Part shown: positions 31,314 to 35,444 of the stretch, one piece after another | How positions within the stretch are numbered: position 1 is the stretch's first letter | How the letters are laid out: the number at the start of each line of letters is the position of its first letter | Assembly: GCA_000934665.2 (NCBI GenBank) | Contig: JYFJ02004032.1 | Span: 1 to 35,444, forward strand | Length of the DNA: 35,444 nucleotides | Source of the DNA: Catajapyx aquilonaris | Taxonomy: Eukaryota | Direction of reading: 5' to 3' | Notes under the pieces: generated by a model | Seen by the model: only the letters and a program-made list of their open reading frames with translations | Database searches by the model: none | Told to the model about the DNA's origin: nothing | Position numbers and translations under genes: made by a program

Positions 31314-33963
31314 TAATAGACTATCTATTAGTAAATGCAGTATATCTCGAAAACTGTGCCTGACAGCCCAATTCCAAGTGCAGATTTGGAATCATGGCGA
31401 AAAGTACTATAAGAATCACTATTCACATCTTCAGAAAGAGCAAAAAGCCTTTTTGCATAAGAGTGAAATAAACGGTACATCTGCAAATCATATGAAGAGC
31501 ACAGGGGAAAAACGGGGAATGTCCAATTCCGTTGGGGTTCCTGCCAAGTGCACAGTACAATAGTATCATAGGTGACACTTATACCTGGAGGCTTTCCATG
31601 GGTACAAGGGGGACAGTTGTATATAATGACGTGAAGATATCCCTATTATTCCTTATACACGTGAAGAAATAAAGCAATTTCTTCGATTTTTCATGGACAT
31701 TTTTTGTGTGACATTCCCCGTTTTTCCCCTGTGCTCTTCATATGTATATTATTATCTCGCGAACCATGCATGACCCAGGCCTCAATACTGAACCTTATGT
31801 CAGTCACCACTAGTGTCACCAAATATGACTGATGTAACGCAAATACATCACTAATTGTTGAGCTCACAATTCTTGGGCATGTGACTGAGCAAGTGACCAA
31901 TAAAATGCTATAAAAAGTTATTTTTACATACACCCAATTCCAGTGACACATCGCCTGGTGTTTCTCTTTATTTTGATATATATGTTCATTGGGTTTTGAC
32001 TACTTCCACTAATCGAAAAAAAAAAAATCTCCACAAACTGCCTCATTTTCAGCCATTTCCAGATTTTTCCGATTTTTTCCCTCACCATTGTATTGCGCAA
32101 TATGGCTGAAACGTTATAAGCAGCATTACGGAATAGTTGAGTACATCAGCGATTATTTTCACCAAGATCCAAGATGGTCTAACAATATTTAGGCCCACTT
32201 GATTCGGAAAGACCCCTAGTAAACCGTTCCAAGTTTTATAACGATATATCTCAAAGACTGTGCCTAACAGAAACCTTCTGAGCATATATTCGGATTCAGC
32301 GTATAAATTACAATAAGAACCACTATTCACATCTTCAGAAAATAAAAAAAATTGTAATTTTGTAGAACAGTGTAATAAGTCAAAAGCCAGGTAACTCACA
32401 ATATTCTCATCATATTCCATGGCACTGGGATTGACGCAGACCACCAATCGGACTCTGGCTTGCCCATCAAAGAAATTCTTCAAGTAGTGTGTCAGCTTGG
32501 AATCACGGTAGGACACCACTTTATCAGTGCCATGTCGGTAGTTCTCACGAAGAGTCTCCAAGCACATGCGCAGGGTCATCAAAGAATTGTTAATATTGCC
32601 TGAGGATTAGAAACCCATTGTCGTTCAAATAATGCCCTATAAATGCAAGATCAGCAGACAATAATGCCTGGCAGCTGTTAAAGATAGAGAGTCGAATTTT
32701 CTTCACAAATACATTAAAAACGACCATTTAAAAAATTATGCAAGTGACCTGTCTCTCGCAGTCGATTTCCCTTGTTCCCAGTGCGGTTGGTCCTCTCACT
32801 ACCAGCAAGGTCAACAAGTGACATCTGGGTAATCTGCAATGCCCCCACATCCTGTGCCACCTCTCCTCCTCCCACTAGATGGGCTCGGACAAGTCGCAGG
32901 TTGAAGACAGCGTGGCTGCGGCTAGACTCAGCATTAAGAGCAGTGTTACCCACGCGCCGTTTTTTCTGGCCGTTGGAAAAGAGCTCCATCGCCTCCTGAG
33001 CAGATCGAACCTCAACTTCTCGAGCTGAATGGACGTACATGTTGTGCCGTTGATCCTCTCGCAAGATCTTTGACTGCGGAATCCTGTTAATGACAAGTGC
33101 AGGTCAGGCATTAACCTTCAAGGTTGATGGATCATAAAATTGGTAGATAATCCTAAGAGAGGAATAAGTGTACTTTGATATCTTCACACTGCTATTTAAT
33201 AATAGCAACAACAACAATAATCATTCGTGTGAGAAGTAACTATCATCTGAAACCTGCAGTTGTGACTGACTTTATAGTTCCCTTCTGTAAAAGTGGCACT
33301 TGCAACTCACCTCGAATCATCAAGGAGGTCATACATGACGTTGTTGTAGATCTCGACATGCGTGGCAAAAAGTGCATAGGCAAATCCATTTTCTGCCATA
33401 CAACCCCATCCATCTTCACCTCCCGCTTCTTCCCCAATTTCCATCTCATCTATCTGCATCCTCCTGCCCCGTCTTCCTCTCATCCTCTCCATTTCTGCCT
33501 CTGCCTTTGAGACTACTTCGAAGCCATTCATTCGGTCAGGCCTGATAATGCCCTTGTCCGCCATGCTTCCTCCTAGTCCATTAAAGAGGGCAGTGACAAG
33601 TCTTGGCAGGATTCCACTGGCCCTGCCAGTCCCTACCATGGTGTAAGTTTTGCCCGAGTTTGTCACTCCGTACGTTGCTATCAGTGTGTTTGTACCCCTG
33701 ACAAATGGCATAATCAGAGGTTCTGCCACTTGATGGAAGATGGATTCCTGAGTGGAGGTCTCATCAAAGACACCTGCAAAAGTGTGTTCTGTGCTCTTGC
33801 ATTGGTTGTCATTGACTGGCACAAGGAGCACTTTTGTAGGGCCGGAAAGGACCAAGCAGGTGGCATCTGCAGAATAAGTCTGAGGCAGTGGTCTAATGCG
33901 GCAGTAAACTTCCACAGGATCAGTGGGGCCTTCACGTGGCCGTCCAGGTTTTGTCGCTGGCAT
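24246..33963 (-). CDS. KIF23: Kinesin-6 KIF23/MKLP1/pavarotti homolog (~845 aa from the ATG at 33963; the true start may lie in an upstream exon)
   Basis: Exons 33963(acceptor at 33973)-33311, 33083-32749, 32599-32400, 30854-30688, 30629-30499, 30286-29940, 28344-28222, 27147-26983, 25212-24970 and 24419-24246 have compatible phases. Motor motifs: [47 protein letters not shown] neck and coiled coil. MKLP1-type tail [15 protein letters not shown]...[18 protein letters not shown]. Confidence 0.92.
24547..24816 (-). mobile_element. tRNA-derived SINE, family 1, copy b, in the last KIF23 intron
   Basis: Homologous to 13521-13809; perfect 16-bp TSD CATCCTAGCAATATTT (24531-24546 / 24817-24832). Confidence 0.9.
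25650..25894. mobile_element. hAT-type MITE
   Basis: ~48-bp imperfect TIRs beginning CAGGGTC; perfect 8-bp TSD GGTTGAAG (25642-25649 / 25895-25902); internal direct repeat gccatattggagcta. Confidence 0.88.
26178..26602 (-). mobile_element. tRNA-derived SINE, family 2
   Basis: On the - strand: A box TGGTGGAGTGG, B box GGTTCGAATCC, central GGTTTTCTGTGGTTTCCC...CCGCTTCCTTCC block and poly(A) tail. 13-bp TSD GCACCAGAAAGAC (26165-26177 / 26603-26615). Internal tandem duplication ggggcccgttcgccaagat x2. Confidence 0.92.
27764..27925. mobile_element. MITE, possibly PIF/Harbinger-like
   Basis: TAA|AGGTGCATTTACATGTGAGCGATTTGACGAGC ... GCTCGTCAAATCGCTCACATGTAAACACACCT|TTA. Confidence 0.75.
28648..28788. 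mobile_element. TA-flanked foldback MITE (Tc1-like)
   Basis: TA|CTATCAGTCCACCAAGAATTGTCG...CGACAATTCTTGGTGGACTGATAG|TA; ~60-bp arms. Confidence 0.85.
29511..29712 (+). pseudogene. Degenerate N-terminal BED-finger fragment of a hAT (SPIN/Charlie/GTF2IRD2-type) transposase in a KIF23 intron
   Basis: [12 protein letters not shown]...[24 protein letters not shown] resembles the KRK.D...R.F...P.CL.C.E.......NLKRHY.T.H pattern. The last His is lost and a stop follows. Confidence 0.65.
31014..31309 (+). mobile_element. tRNA-derived SINE, family 3, with a V-domain-like core and (ATT)n tail
   Basis: A box TGGCGGAGTGG (31025-31035), B box GAGTTCGATCC (31068-31078), V-like core 31110-31170, (ATT)~16 tail. 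16-bp TSD TTACTAATAGACTATC (30998-31013 / 31310-31325). Confidence 0.93.
31494..31739. mobile_element. MITE with perfect 30-bp TIRs and 4-bp ATAT flanks (possibly Sola-type)
   Basis: ATAT|GAAGAGCACAGGGGAAAAACGGGGAATGTC ... GACATTCCCCGTTTTTCCCCTGTGCTCTTC|ATAT. Confidence 0.8.
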
Positions 33964-34799
33964 CTTTGGTTTTCTAAAATGTAACAGAGGGTCACACCAT
34001 AAATAACCAATCAGTATTCTCCTCTGCACCATTATGCAGTAAAACCCAAGGCGGTAGTCACTCCTCAAAAAAGTGGATACCGGCTCTCTTGAATTGAGGC
34101 TCTCCCCAGCTCTCTGCGGCATCGGTGAGCCAGTAAGACCGTGGGTGTATACTCACTGATGAGCATGTTAGTGAGCCAGGAGAGCCGAGGAGGGCCCAGA
34201 GGGCTGGGGTGGGCCGAGGAGGCTGCCAAAGGCAAACCACGCGATATGAGGAGGAATGATGAGGAACACAGGTGTGTTTTGCCTCGGCTCTCCCCGCTCT
34301 CTGAGGCTCATCAGGGTGTACACCGGCTCTCCGAAGTGACTACCCCCTTGGCAAAACCTATAGGTAAAGAAGCTTGGATATAGCACAAACTTGCTTCATG
34401 CAGAATTTTTGTCTGGCCCTTGGAACTGATGCAGATGCAGATTTACTTTTGTCACATATAATACAAATTTTACATGTCGGAAAACCACATGATATTCATT
34501 ATTTTTGCGTCACCCGTACATGATATCTGCTGCACTCCAGTTGGGAACCAATATGTAAAGCAAAACGTTACACTCTCTATCGAGTGTCTTTTCAGGATAA
34601 AGGGTAAACCATTACAAAACCCATGGTGCAATACTGAGCAAAGCATGTTAATGGACTAGGGTCAGACACTGGGATGCATTGCTTCTGGATTGCACTTGCT
34701 TTTTCTGCTTCTCTGCTAGACTTCATTTGAAGAATGACAGCTATCGTACAAATTGCGGGAAAAAAATAAAATGGAAACATACGTATGCTATTTGGGTGT

Positions 34800-34945
34800 G
34801 GGTCATTTCACCGACACCCACCCCGGCCGAGAGGCCATATCACCGATAGACATTTCACCGACATACCCATTCCACCGACAAGCCATTTCATGGACATACC
34901 CATTTCACCGACATGGTGTTTCACCGACAGTCATTTGATCGACAA
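34800..34945 (+). repeat. Minisatellite of CATTTCACCGAC-like 15-17-bp units, probably a DNA-transposon subterminal array
   Basis: About 9 degenerate copies of catttcaccgaca. Confidence 0.75.
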
Positions 34946-35222
34946 ATTTACCCACACAATTCCAATATGAAAACCATCCAGTCACTGGAGAAACGGGGTC
35001 CAGATCACACCTCATTTTCGCAGCGCCCCTTATGGAAGGAACCACCTGGCAGATGTATCCCATTTCTACAGGGTGTAAATGAATTCAGCCGACAAACTTG
35101 TAGGGGTGATAGAGGGGACCAAGACAAACATATTTGACATAGGAAACCGTGTCCGGAAACGCCATCTAGAGGGGGTTCATAGACAAGGAACGGGTGCACT
35201 CAGACGCTTCAGGCTGGCGGCG

Positions 35223-35444
35223 TTAGCGAGCGGACCATTTAGTTGCTAGGTGGCGGGTGGATTGTTCACAACTTTGGGCATTTCGCCATAACCTGGCAAC
35301 AACAGAGTTGTTGTTTATTATCTGCGCGCTACCTAGCATGCTGACTGTACTTGCTAGGTGGCTCTGTTGTTGCCAGGTTATGGTGAATTGCAAAGCTGTG
35401 TACAATCCACCCGCCACCTAGCAACTAAACGGTACGCTCGCTAA
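35223..35444. mobile_element. Foldback MITE at the right edge of the window; it may extend beyond
   Basis: Outer arms ttagcgagcggaccatttagttgctaggtggcgggtggattgt vs acaatccacccgccacctagcaactaaacggtacgctcgctaa; inner arms ccataacctggcaacaacagag / ctctgttgttgccaggttatgg. Confidence 0.85.

Noticed and set aside
30973..31563. 196-aa ORF with poly-Ile (and overlapping poly-Leu ORF)
   Set aside because: Artefact of reading through the SINE and its (ATT)n tail.
34592..34780. ORF containing MKSSR, reminiscent of the KIF23 N-terminus
   Set aside because: I could not find a donor of the required phase 2 to splice to the acceptor at 33973; left unresolved.
34800..34945. Repeat array superficially like a CRISPR
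   Set aside because: Units are 15-17 bp with no 25-45-bp unique spacers; eukaryotic context, no cas genes.

Overview
Eukaryotic (animal, probably arthropod) genomic DNA: gene-dense, with short introns and many small transposon relics. Seven spliced protein-coding genes could be reconstructed by hand. (1) The 5' part of SAAL1 (- strand), with an unusual 4x N-terminal repeat. (2-4) Three paralogous C2H2 zinc-finger genes. They share the same 3-exon layout and a ~50-aa Met/Glu/Arg-rich N-terminal domain that I do not recognise as KRAB, SCAN, BTB or ZAD. (5) An SLC46/PCFT-like MFS transporter (- strand, 8 exons, one GC-AG intron). (6) A 90-aa Rdx-family selenoprotein (SelW2/MIEN1-like) that the ORF track misses. 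Its CxxU motif uses an in-frame TGA, and a canonical SECIS lies in its 3' UTR. (7) A kinesin-6 KIF23/pavarotti gene (- strand, 10 exons). Introns and intergenic DNA hold four tRNA-derived SINEs with target-site duplications, from three families that share a co-varying 3' stem-loop, one carrying a V-domain. They also hold more than a dozen MITE/foldback elements and two transposase fragments. The best leads are the hidden selenoprotein and the zinc-finger family with its candidate new associated domain. All models are manual; no database searches were run.
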